This document shows positions 25,891 through 38,200 of a stretch of DNA of 64,000 nucleotides, piece by piece. Position 1 is the stretch's first letter, and each line of letters opens with the position of its first letter. Both the position numbers and the translations under genes were made by a program. Below the pieces are notes generated by a model. It was not told where the DNA came from, did not search any database, and was given only the letters and a program-made list of their open reading frames with translations. Source of the DNA: Takakia lepidozioides (Eukaryota > Plantae > Bryophyta); NCBI GenBank assembly GCA_030704615.1, contig CM060733.1, positions 53,754,001 through 53,818,000 on the forward strand, given 5' to 3'.

Positions 25891-26686
25891 CCCCTAAAGG
25901 ACGAGCTAACTTTTGGGAGTTTTCCCAAAAAGTGGGCCATACCCTCCATTGCTGAGCTGTTCCTAACCCCCCTGACATCCAGCTCAATGGACCGTTCCAT
26001 TTCATCCCTACCTACTACATGAAGGTCCTCAGAAAATTGTAGCACTTTTGACCGTTCCATTTAGTAGATTATAACAAAAGAAAATTGGCCAAGTTGAAAC
26101 CATGAACAAGAAAAAGAGAGGAAAAATTGCTTTGACCATGCAAGTTTAGTGATTTTACATTTTTTCTTGAAGAAATGGCCTCCAGAATCCGGATAAGGGG
26201 TAACCAACAGGTCATCTCCCAGAATCTCAGACCAAAATGCCAAAAATATGAGGGGGCTGCTTTGTATGTGAAATCTGGGGGGGTAAATTATCTTGTTTTG
26301 GCTTCTTTCCCAAGTATACCCATGAGGTGACATTTTTTTTCCAATTCCTCTGGTAAGTAAGTGCACAGTAACATTTCATGGTGCCTTGTCCAAATTTTTT
26401 GGCATTATGATAAATTTTCAGCCTTAGATGTTATCTTGAACATTGCCCATTTGACTGCCACGTAGGCAGGTCAATGGTGCTCTAACACTGGATTTCTTGA
26501 CACTTTGCAAAATTCTAGGGAGCAGAGCTTTTATGATTTTTTGGCGCTGTAAATTCCCATGTGTGCTCCTATTTGACATCTACAATTCATCTTCAAGGTT
26601 CACTTCCATCCACTATCATCCATGGGAATGGGAGCGTGGCAAGTAATCTGACACGACCCGATTTGGGTCGCGTCGTCCTTTAGGGA
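25891..26686. mobile_element. piggyBac-like non-autonomous element (796 bp)
   Basis: TTAA|CCCCTAAAGGACGA ... TCGTCCTTTAGGGA|TTAA: a 14-bp TIR with one mismatch and TTAA on both sides. Confidence 0.75.
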
Positions 26687-29600
26687 TTAATCAATAACTA
26701 GGGTAGCATGCAGCGTTTTTTTTTTCATTTAAGAACTTGAGCCACGTTGGCTCCTGGCTGGCCAATGAGGAAGATCAATTGGTGACTCTGTGGCATGTGA
26801 TCTTGAACCGGTGGCTACTGTCAAGAATGTTTGATGAGTTTTATGCGAACTCAACTCATGTAGTGTTCAGTTTGTGGGAGTGACAAGGGAGGTAATTTCT
26901 TCTAAGTAACAACGACACTACATCTTGCAAAGCCTAGCACAACTCTGTCACATGGATACAATCCATTGACAAATATGACTAATCTTGTGCAAGATCAGCA
27001 ACTCTGCTCAAAGCCTCATGTGCCAGTGCAAGAGGCGGTGCAAGTCTGCCTAAATAGAGGTGCATGACACGGATACTAGGCGGGTTAGCGAAACCTAAAT
27101 GAGAGTTCCCTCCATAGCTCGACCCCTTGGTGAAAGCAGGAAGAGTTTGAACCCAAGGCTTTGCTCCTTGTGCTGGCAGGGTGGTAGGGTTTCTAGAAAT
27201 CGATAGGCAAGATCATTTGGATCTAACGAACCCAAATGGCATGTGGCTCTTTCCATGTGCGACAGTTGTACAGGCGGCGTCCTCATTTCAGCGACATGAT
27301 GGCATTAGGGAGGGCAGTAATGCGAAACAGTGCCATATTTTAACCCATAATTCCTTTGTAAATTTCGTGAGGCCAATTTCTGGATCGAAAAGTGGCAAAA
27401 TTTCGCGCATAAAAAAAACGCTACTAGCATGTGTCGTTGGCCCAAGTGTCTAGCCTCTAAGCCCAAGTGTAAGATCTTCTATGTAGGATCTTCTAGGGCT
27501 AGCATGTGCCGTTGGCCCATGTCCCATGTGTGAAGGACTGAAATCTAAGACCAAGTGCTACGTATCAAAGTGCGTCTCCTATACATATATGCGCAGCCAA
27601 AGCTAGCATAAATAAGAGCCTATTCCTCATGTGGGTTTTGCCCCTTTTGGGAATGCATCTCCTATATTAAGGCAAGTGCAATTTCCTATGTATCAAAGTG
27701 CTTCTCCTACATAGAGGCCCAAGTGCGACCTCCAGTATCCAACACTTAATTTTGTAATTTAGTTGAATTTTCAGCTATCAAAATTGTTCATATTTCTATA
27801 ATTTTCGGCCCGTAGGTCCAGATTTTGGAGGTTGGGTACCGCGCGAGCATGCTCACATGAGCACAAGCGCATATTCTGAATATTCCTAAGATGCTTTTGG
27901 AATATTCTACAACGAAACGAAAATTGAGAAACTATAGTAAAATATTTGCAAAACTATTTTTAACTACGAGTCACATAGGCCCTCACAACAAAAACTTAAG
28001 AAACAAGTAATCCCTATACGCGATAAACATGTTACCCTACAGGCGTGGGATTTCCTCACGCTATGCTCACCCCATACTAGGCCCTTTCCATGACAGACTT
28101 GAGAAAAAGACGCTAAGACTCCAGGAGACCTTAAAAGTTGTCATGTTCCATGGATAATTTATCGAGACGAAACTCTCACTCTCGAAACTACTACTTAATT
28201 TTATTTCCCAATGCGAAATTCAAAGATAGATCAGATGGCCCACGGTTCCTGGTGGGCCTCGATCTATCCCCATGCACCCCTCCTCATCGATTCCACCACG
28301 AGGGCTGGGAACCACGGTTTGGGAGATCTCAACAACGCTACAAAACAAAACACAACAAGCTGCTCCGCCACAAGAGGCTCGGTCCTTGCTCTTTCCTTAA
28401 GTGATTTTGGGGTTGTTGTTTTATACTATTTTCCACGGCTTCATGAATCATGCCCATCAACCCTCCAAGACTAGGCGTGATGGATAAGCCTAGTTCTCCC
28501 CCTAGGCAAGATGTCTCCACAATGCCTCTATCCCTTGCGGGTCCCACCAACCCCCATACACTAGGTTGAATGGATAAGCCTAGTTCTCCATTCTCTGCCT
28601 ATCTCCACAGTGCCTCTATCCCTTGTGGGACAGAGCCAACAAAACAAACAAACTACCTTGCTTCATATATTGATTATTCGAATAAAAGAGAAACACTTGG
28701 CCCGGGGAGCTACCACTCATAAATCAGGCCCCTTAACCTGTTACTTTCTACAAGATGCATTTTTCAGTCCTAGAAACTTCTACTCCTTAGAAGTAACATG
28801 AGGCTACCTACCAGCTACCAAATATCCATCCACTAAAATTTGTTTTACATGTAAATACCTACCTGGCCCCTACACCATCTCCCCGAAATTATAGGAGTAT
28901 TCATAGTTGAATTTGGGAAATTATAGTGTTATTTTGGGGATTATTTCTCTCTTTTTTGGTTTGAAAAAATATTTCTTTGACCAAGCATGTTGAGGGGCTT
29001 CTTTAAATTTTCCTATATGACTACCCCAAATTTTCATAATACAATAGTCCAAACGGGAAGACAATAGGAATAATGTAAGAACTTAATGGACGTCTATGAT
29101 CTGACAGTACTTTCACCGGATTCCTGCAGCCCTGGCTCCTCCGGCGGGCCCTGGTCAAATCCTCCTCACCCCCTCTTACCTTGGTTTCACTATTTTGAAT
29201 ACTTAAGAATCCAAGTTGGTTTCATGCTCTGGTGGGTAGTGTGATGGTAAGCTGATAGCGCTGCGGGTGGCAAAGTTCCGGGTTCAATTCTTGATGGGAG
29301 GCTGTTGCAGTGTGTAACCCGGGTGTTAGTATTCCAATCGGTGCAACCCTATGTAACCCTGATTTCTCAGGTAAACCTAGTCCATTTTATACTTGGTCAA
29401 ATTTCGAGACCAAGTGTGAGTTACACCGAATGGAGTATTCTGTGTAACTCCGAGTGGAGTTACACAGCCATGTAACCCAAATCTACCTGAGAAAAACGGT
29501 GGAATTGAAATAGGTCAAGTGCAATTTTCGAGATATGGTAAGGCCCATATTCAGGGCAGTGGGCAGTGTTTTTTTTCCGTCAGATTTTGACTGGAAATTC

Positions 29601-30060
29601 GGTCAACTACTTGTACAAAGGAATTATGGGGGGTAAGTTTGAGTATTTTCGCCAAAAAGCATCAGCAGATGAATTTCAGGAGCTTAATCTTGCCGACGTG
29701 GGCCAGTTAAAACGTGCCACCTGGAGCCACTTCTCTAACTCTGTCACCTTGTTATTCTCGGCCTATGGTAGAATTCACAAGTGCCCCTACCAACGATTTC
29801 GGAAATATGAAAAAAAAAAAAACAACACTTGATTCAGGGTTGGCTCTGCTGCAAGTCAACCCAACTATTTTGAAACCCTCGCCATTTAGAAAAATCTAGA
29901 GGTCACATGTTTGCTCCAATTGGCATGCAGTAAATGGAGCAGGTCTGCCACCTCATGCGCTATGACTATGCAAAAGGATTGAACATAAATAAATGCATGG
30001 TTACATGCAACCCTACCCTGACGTAGTTATGAATAGGTTCTGAAATGATTGACATAATGC

Positions 30061-30628
30061 TAGGTAAATTGGTTTCTGGTCAGTCCAGTATGCTTCTTTT
30101 GTTCCGGACAAGGAATGTAGGTGCACTAATCCATATATGATCCAATGAAGAATTGTAAGTTGTTGTAGTTTGCTTGAATGTAAGATAGAAATGGTGATTT
30201 GTCATGATTGAGCGAAGTGATTCAGATTCATTGTTAGGTTTAGGAAGGTTATAAAATCTCCTATAAAAACTGTTGGACAAAATTATGGTGATTTATCGTA
30301 TAAGAAGGGAAAGTAAAAGAGGTTTATATATTGCAATAATGTATATTATTCTATGAAAATTTAAATTTAAAGTTGTAGCGATAAATTCTGTACCATCATG
30401 TGATTGAATTTCATAAGATTGTAGTAAACTAGTATTATCGTATAAAATAGTTATAACATGTCCATCGTAATAAGATATTTTTGAAAAGTAATTATTAGGT
30501 ATGTATAACGACCAATTTTGATTGTTTGGATGCAATTGAGTACTTTCATTTAGACATAATATATGATATGTTCGTAGATTATAGTTGTTCATTATGTCAC
30601 CATAGTGGCTGTGCGTCAGTGTTTTCAA
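30061..30628 (-). pseudogene. AP-endonuclease (EEP) domain fragment of a transposon, Helitron/Helentron-type or LINE
   Basis: EEP motifs in order across frameshifts: HYGDI..YNL..YHILCLNES, IIAIYKP, PTVFIGDF, TTTYNSSLDHIWI, EAYWTDQKPIY. Confidence 0.7.
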
Positions 30629-31120
30629 ATCTGGCGAAAAATCGGTCAGCTACTTTTACTAAGGAATTAAGGAAGAAAATCGCCAAAGAGCGCCAATGGT
30701 CAAATATCAGGAGCCAGATTTGTCCTACGTGGACCTGTTAAAATATGACACCTATAAATAGCCCCTTTTCTAAGTCTGTCACCTCGTTATTCTCGCCACA
30801 TGGGAGCTGGGTAGAAGCTACATGTCTCCTTGCCTGCGATTTTGGAAAAGTGAAAAAAAGAACACTGTTGTGCATTGAACGAATATTCAGGATTGTATGA
30901 ATAGATGTGTACGATATAGGTATTGTAATTTGGTGTCAATAACTCCCATTTTACTATTTTTTGTAATCTGTGTATTTCTTCGCATGTTATCGTCTATATG
31001 GAAATTATTGTCTCGTAAATGAGCTAAGAGGTACAAGTTTTGCCTTTCTTTTATACGTGACAATGTTGTTTATTCTGTGTCTATTTACATTTGTCGAATT
31101 CAAATGCAAATACAAATGTA

Positions 31121-31357
31121 CATCGGCTGGTAGCTCAGCTGGTAAGTGCATAGTGTGTCGCAGTGGTGGTTTTAGGGTTCGAACCTGTTGCCCTGTGCGG
31201 TGTGTGGATTGTTCATGACCGGTTGGTCTGGTGGTGATGTTCCCTTCTGTGTGCCCAATGGCTTATCTGAAAGGGGGTTAATTTTTCCCCCTCCTCAAGG
31301 GCTTGAATTGTGGGTAGTCGCTCCCAGGTTTCCTTTTCTTTATAAGAAAATAAATAA
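31121..31357 (+). mobile_element. tRNA-derived SINE, copy 2
   Basis: A box TAGCTCAGCTGG, B box GGTTCGAACC, A-rich tail, and a perfect 13-bp target duplication AAATACAAATGTA (31108-31120 / 31358-31370). Confidence 0.88.
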
Positions 31358-32657
31358 AAATACAAATGTATGCAAGCCAACCAACCATAGAAATACAACA
31401 AATGTTATTTCCCTCCAAGCTCTTCCAATTTATACTCAAGGTCTATGCTAGAATTAGCTGAGATAACTTATAGCATAACTGCTGCTCACTGCAACTTGAG
31501 TTATCTCCCATGCTATAATTCTAGCTGGTATGCCACAACAATATTTAAATTAGTTTCCAGTTATCGTGAAACAATTTGCAGACATGCATATCAGTAAACT
31601 GGGGATGGAACTAAACTAGATTGCCTAAGTGGCCTCTAAGTGGTGAGGCTATTATGGCCACTGGACACTCAATTTTGGAGGATCTGGTGTGGGATTAGAT
31701 ATGGAAGTTTTGGTAAATTGCAGAAACTGAACCCCCTAGCTTTGAGCAAGTGCATAGGCATGGATACAGGTCTTCCTTGGATAGGTCTTCCTTGGATCAT
31801 AGGATTCCGCATCCCAGGAGGATGAAGTGCTTGAAACCTCAAGACCAACGCTTTCATCCTGATATGCAAAAACGAAAAAACTGTTCCCAAACTGTATAAA
31901 AAACACAATTTCAAAATTTTGACCAAAGGTGTCAGCGGTGGCATTTCGCCAACAAAAGTCTGATTGGCCTGAAATTCCGCCAACGCTTTCAAAAAACTGT
32001 TTCCAAACTGTATAAAAATATACAATGTCAAAATAAATTCACAGCGGTGGCATTTTTACAAAAGAATTTCTGATTGGCCTGAAATTCCGCCACTAGGTGC
32101 AGGTGGTAGGTGGGCAGCTAATGTCCAGTCAATTTTTTAATTGGGTTTTCATGGAGTTACCGTATGCCAAATTTTCGAGGCAGGGGTCATGTTTTTCGCA
32201 AAAGTCTAAGATAGCCACTGGGCGTTTAAGGGTTAACCGGTCGGGCCGGATTGGATTTCGAGAGTTCAATCCAAGGGTAAGTTAAACAAGCCGCAAGCTC
32301 TGTCCGTTGAAGCAACAATTTTGACAAGCTGCCACTTGGTTTATACTTAAGAGTTTTTTTAGACCAATCATATCCTTGACACGGTGTAAGGTCCGTTGAC
32401 CATATTTTCTCCTTTTGACTTCAACACGATGCAAAGTCGCCAATAAAAAACATATACTTAGATATCCGTCCAACACTGCTTCTGTCTTTCTAGTGCTATT
32501 GGTTTTTTTTTTTTTAAATAATAAACAAAGGGGACGGCTATGGCTTGAGAACTAAAGTTCCTTTCTTCTTTTTCATTTCTTTCTGTTAACTCTTCCCTTG
32601 GTATGGGAACTTTCCATCCTTTGTACAGTCACCTCATGTCAGTTTGTAAATAAAGCT

Positions 32658-33176
32658 TTACAGGGGCACAGCAGCTTGCTTGTGCTCACATTGTCGATAG
32701 AAAGGATCACGATGGCTGCCAATAATTCGAAGCCTCACCAATAGATCCTTAAATATAAATTTTGTGAATGTCCGAATGATAAGCTGTAGAGTATGGTGCG
32801 TGCCAGAGAGTCTTTGGAGATCAAAATGATGGGTGCACAAGTTTTCTTCCCAGAGTTCTACCAGTTCTCGACATCGCTCGAGACTCCCCATTCGTGTGAC
32901 AAACGCTCCATGGTGATAAGAAACATGAACCTCACAGCCCGAGTCGACGACATCCAACGGGGAGCATCACCGATTTGAATGCCAAGCTTCACATGTGCAC
33001 AACTCTGCCATAGCGACGTGTGAACATAGCGAGCCATGTTTCTCGGATACCAGGGTCCTGTGTATAGAGACCAACTTGGCCAACAGCAAAAGGTCGACAT
33101 CCGCAAACCTGGTACGGTCAGGTAACCCTGTGTAACACAACGGGCATGGCCTGGGCAAGCAGATCAGCACGCTCAC
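32658..33176 (-). pseudogene. Possible degenerate gene with an RRM-like pattern
   Basis: ORFs 33176-32967 and 32957-32658 share a frame and are separated by one TGA. The pattern LCYTGLPDRTRFADV...KLVSI...HVAMAEL...CEVHVSY loosely resembles an RRM. Confidence 0.25.
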
Positions 33177-35236
33177 CCTTAGCTACTCGACTGCTTGTTG
33201 TACTCAACATACAGCTTCCCTGCACACACGCATACCAACACGGCATGACTATATTATCTCTAGAAGCTGGTCCGTTCAGAAGAACTTTAGGAAGTTGTGT
33301 CTACGGGAAAAGGGAAGAGCGAGAGAGAAACTAGAACGGTGCGAGAGAGGAGACATACACGCGTCCCTTCCCTTTAAAAAAAACATACAAAATAATAAAT
33401 AATAACAAATTCAACTTAAAATGTTTATCGAGCTGTCTCCCGCCCGTCCCGTTTAAATGACGGAAAAGATGAGAAACTTCAGATGGACAAGCGAAGGTCT
33501 GCAGCCTCTATTTTTCCCGTTGGATCCATCGGTTCGTGAGCTCAGTATCCTCCCGCCTTGTTCTTTCTAGCGTGTTCGTGTGAAGTATGAGCGATCGTGT
33601 GACATTCTTGTAGATAGATTGCTGCATCAATATTCTGCACTGCATCAATTTTCTTCTGTTTGGTTCAGCGGTCTGTGATTGACAGAGACAACCGCAATAT
33701 TTCGATCAATATTAGCATTGTGAGTATTATTATCATTTTATGTGTCCCTGGCCAGAATGGCATCTCACGACTATCATGACCTGAGCCATCGCGCGGTTAT
33801 TTCCGCTAGTTGCTTCGTGGACTGATATGTCGTTGCACCTGCTAGAGCTCTGCAGTTTTTCCGAACGTACGCGTATTGATCAGCCAGCCTCCTTTCTCAA
33901 AGACAAGATGCGAAGGGTTTGTAGCAGGTGAAAATCAAATGAATTGATGAGGTGTCTGAATCTTGATGAACATTATGATTGCGTATGTTGCTAGTTTGAT
34001 GTAAGACGTTAGTCTTTCCTCTAGTCTAACAGTTCAAAGCCTGTCTTTCAGAACCTGCAGTAATATATTTCTAAGGCTCATAATCCCTCCCTCCGGATAT
34101 ACTGATAACAAGGACGAGTTGTTTTTTGAAAAAAATTTCGTGAACTTCACCGGGCAATCTTGGGAACAGATCACATTCAGATTGATCGTTTAGTTCGGTA
34201 CTGCTAGGCTCGATTTCCGGAATGCCTCGATCTGTCAAGGTTAGATTTGGGCTTTCAAATTCAATGTTCAGTACAAGCTGTATGATCCACCGAACATAGC
34301 ACTTGGACACAGTAAACGCTAGTACTTTCAAGATCTGATCTAACTCTTGGAATGCATCCACGAAATCGCAAAGTTGACTCGAGACATTCTGAGTTCTATA
34401 CAATATCTGTACAGTGCTTATCAGAATCGGATCCAGGGCTCGTCCATGTTCTGGAACATGTGAGAATCAAATGCTTAACTTAAGTTCTCAGACATGCAGT
34501 GAACTCCAGGTTTATCTGCTTAAGTTCCTCTAGTGGGATCGGTTAAATAACAGTCCCTGACGATAGTTGCTCTACCTGCAGACTGCCGATCTACGAACTG
34601 CTAACACAGGTGCTGCTGTGTCTTTGCTTTGCATCACCATTGAAGCGTCTTGAGAAGTCTAGTATGTGTACACATGATGAGAGTGTTCAGATTTCTTACC
34701 ACATGCAATTCCCCTTTGACATTTGTGTTGAAAGGTCTATGATCTCTAGTAAATTGACTACATACATTATGATGATAGGTGTATATTATATAAAACTCAA
34801 GCTCAAGGTTGCACTAATTTCTTTTCGCGCACTGACCAGCTTGATTGTTTACTTCGAGCTTGTGGCCAGCTGGAGAATCCAGTCACTGATTTTAGACAAT
34901 TAGAGTCCCAGCATTCTACTACTACCATGAACTACTGTGTCTTCTAGTTCTTCCTTATTGATAGATTCACACTCCACAAACTGCACTCTGGTGCACGCAT
35001 TGTCATGCTCCTTAAACACCAGTATTGATCATGACACCAGTTTTGCAGATTTTTAATAACCTTTGAGAGATTTAGACTTCTCTGAATGCGGTCTGCTCCA
35101 AGTGTATCACAATTCCTGGTTTCCGTTTTCTCCACTACCCTTCCAGGCAGGGTTGCTATTCGCGAGCAGAATTCAGACATATAGCCGGCCGAACAGCATG
35201 GGATTGGGGAGGGATTCTCCAAAGATACTCCTCTAG

Positions 35237-38200
35237 GATTGAACGGGATTTGCAGCTATTTCATGTGGCTTCGTGGCTACTTGTGGCTTTCAGTGGTTCT
35301 GCAATCTGTGGAAGGATTGATGCCAAGCATGACTGTCCCACTCGATTCTACGACTTCCAGGTAATTATTGTTTCCAATTATTTACTTTCCACATGGAGGA
35401 CTGGAAACCCTTTTTTTTCCCCAAGTACCTCACCTACAGTAGATCTACTAGTAGAAAAGAGGTGATGCCTTGCTTACGTTGGAGAGTTCGTGAATCTAAG
35501 ATTCAACCGGAAACTCAGTGCCCTGATTACGCACGCCCAGCCGACGAATTGGGCCGGGATTCACGACTTACCTATGCATCTCTGGAAGTCGTTGTTTGTA
35601 TAAGCTTATGCACACTACTACTTCATTAGCTAGCCTGCGCCTCTCCAGCACAATTATGACCATGTGGCGGTGTCTAGAGAGAAGGAGCCAGAAGATAAAA
35701 TGAAAGAATCTTGATTGAGGCTCAAAGAAATGATACATGGTACTTCATAACGTCTGCGGGAAGCTCAAAGAGCTTATGGGACGAGAGTAAGAAAGAAACA
35801 AGAAAGAGGGGTAACAAGCATCCCAAAAGATTAAAGGCTCAAAGAAAGATACTCCTTACACCAAGACTGCAACTCTGCAAATTGGGAATGCATGGGAAAT
35901 GTCAGGTGGACTACACAAATGTGACGCGGCTCAACCATACCAAGGCAATGGTCACTGTGAATGGCCAATTTCCAGGGCCTAGGATTCATGCGACCGACGG
36001 TGACTTTGTGGTTGTTAATGTAACTAATTACAGTGACAAGCCAGTGACCATTCACTGGTTGGTTCTCTCTCTCCCTCTCCCTCTCTGTATGTAGTGTTGG
36101 ACCTCCCGAGCACGCAATCAATTCACTATGTTTGTCTGACCTGGTAGCAAATTAATGTGTTTATTGCGGATCAATTCAACTCGTGACGGTCTGATTACCT
36201 GTGCACATCTCCTTTGAAATGACCTCCTACTTCATTTTTTCTTGTGCACGTCTAATCACATGGGTATCATATTGTGCCTTATCGAAGATAACCTGAAGTC
36301 TGGATTATGAACTCTCTATCATCTTCAGGGATTTTCTTTTTCGATTCTGGTAAAAGTTGCTCTGCATGCAGTTACCTTAAATATCATGAAAGCGGATGCT
36401 GATCATGCACATGGCAGGAATGAAGAAAATCTGCTAATTTTACAGGCATGGCGTGCGGCAGCTACGGACAGGGTGGGCAGATGGAGTGCCCTATGTAACA
36501 CAGTGCCCTATACAACAAAACGAGTCCTACATATACAGGTAAGCAACAGATCCTCATACTTAGGAATCACCAAAGAATTTCTCAGATCTCTGATCAATCG
36601 ATCCTGATATGCTTACGTTGCACAACTGCAGGTTTCAAGTTATCGAGCAGACAGGCACTGCATGGTGGCATGCTCACATCTCATGGCTCCGTGCCTCTCT
36701 CTATGGGGCGTTAGTAATTTTTCCTCGGAGACAGCCTCAGAATCATCCGTTGTATCCGTTCCCTAAGCCCAACCGTGAAGTTGTGCTTTTGCTTGGTAAT
36801 CATGTATTTCTATTTTCATGGATGTAGAATGTTATTTCAGTCTTCCCGTCTTATTCTTATTGAAGCATGAAGGAATTTCCTGAAACGAGAAAGAAGTAAA
36901 GAGCGAACCGTTATTACGTCCGCGAGGACCCTCGGTCGGAAAGTAAGAGAGTCGAGAGAGAGAGAGAGAGCAGACAACCACAAGTGTTGGATGTAAGGGT
37001 GTGGAGGGAGAAGAAATTTCCGTATTAAAGTTGTTGCTTTGTACCAGGGGAGTGGTGGAACACGGATGTCGAAGAGGTTCAAACCCAGGCGATGGCTTCG
37101 GGCGGTGGCTACAATATTTCCGATGCCCTCACTATAAATGGACAACCAGGATTCCTGTACAATTCCTCCTCAAAAGGTAAATTTTAAACTTGGATTATCT
37201 GATAATCGGGAGGGAGAAAAAGTCTGAGAGTGAGAGGGGAGAGATTATTTTACCCCTATTTTGGGACCCTCACACTATACCTCGGATTTCATGGTTACAC
37301 TTGCAGTGAGTCTATACTCTTCCACCTAGAACTCTCCTTTAAATTTCGGTTATGGCTGGAGCATGGCAAGTACACATACTCTTCCTGCAAGCGACAGGGA
37401 CGAATCCTTGCACGGGCTTAATTTAACTAAGGGGATACGGCTAGGTTTGTTTAGAAATGTCTGATTGAAAAATGGGCAGTCTCAGCTAATCTCTAATCAC
37501 ATCCCGGTTATGCAGGTGCTGTCAGAGTGAAGGCTAGGCACCAACATACTTACCTCCTCCGATTGGTGAACGCTTGCATGAATTTCGAGCTTTTCTTTGC
37601 AGTTGCAAACCATTCCCTTACTGTGGTCCAGACGGACTCGGCTTACTCAGAACCCTTCAGTGTGGATGTTTTAATTATAGCTCCCGGCCAGTCACTGGAT
37701 GTGATTCTCATTGCAAATCACACTCATGGGAAGTTCTACATGTCAGCAACACCTTTTGCTATTGCCGATCCTGAGACGGTAACTTTCTGCTCCAAATTGG
37801 ATGGATTTCAGATTATCATGTGCAATCAATATTGAAGCTGGAAAACTTTCACGTGTGGTTGTGTACACATGTAAAGGGGCTCTTATGATTCCATAAAGTC
37901 TAGATGTGAGTTTGTCATGACATCACTGCTGGATCTGTGTGTGGCTGGTACAAAGTGAGTTTGAGTATACTTCTGCAGCATACCCATCAATATTCCCTTG
38001 TTCCTGGTCTCTTCTTTCTCAATTGATATCCTCTGTGCTATCGCATGCTGTAAAGTTTATTTGTCTCTCTCTGCCAGGTGCCTTATCCTCAGGTTCCGAC
38101 AACTGCCCTTTTCGAGTATTCAGGGAGCTCGCACTTGCACCCGGTGTATTCACCTACTTTTCCAGCACACAATGATACTACTTACAAAGACGAATTCGAC

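Noticed and set aside
29231-29300. tRNA-like sequence with an A-box-like motif and GGTTCAATTC
   Set aside because: No convincing cloverleaf; probably a degenerate SINE head or repeat.
27340-29635. Inverted match CCCATAATTCCTTTGTA / TACAAAGGAATTATGGG
   Set aside because: No clear termini or target duplication; likely internal pieces of related repeats.
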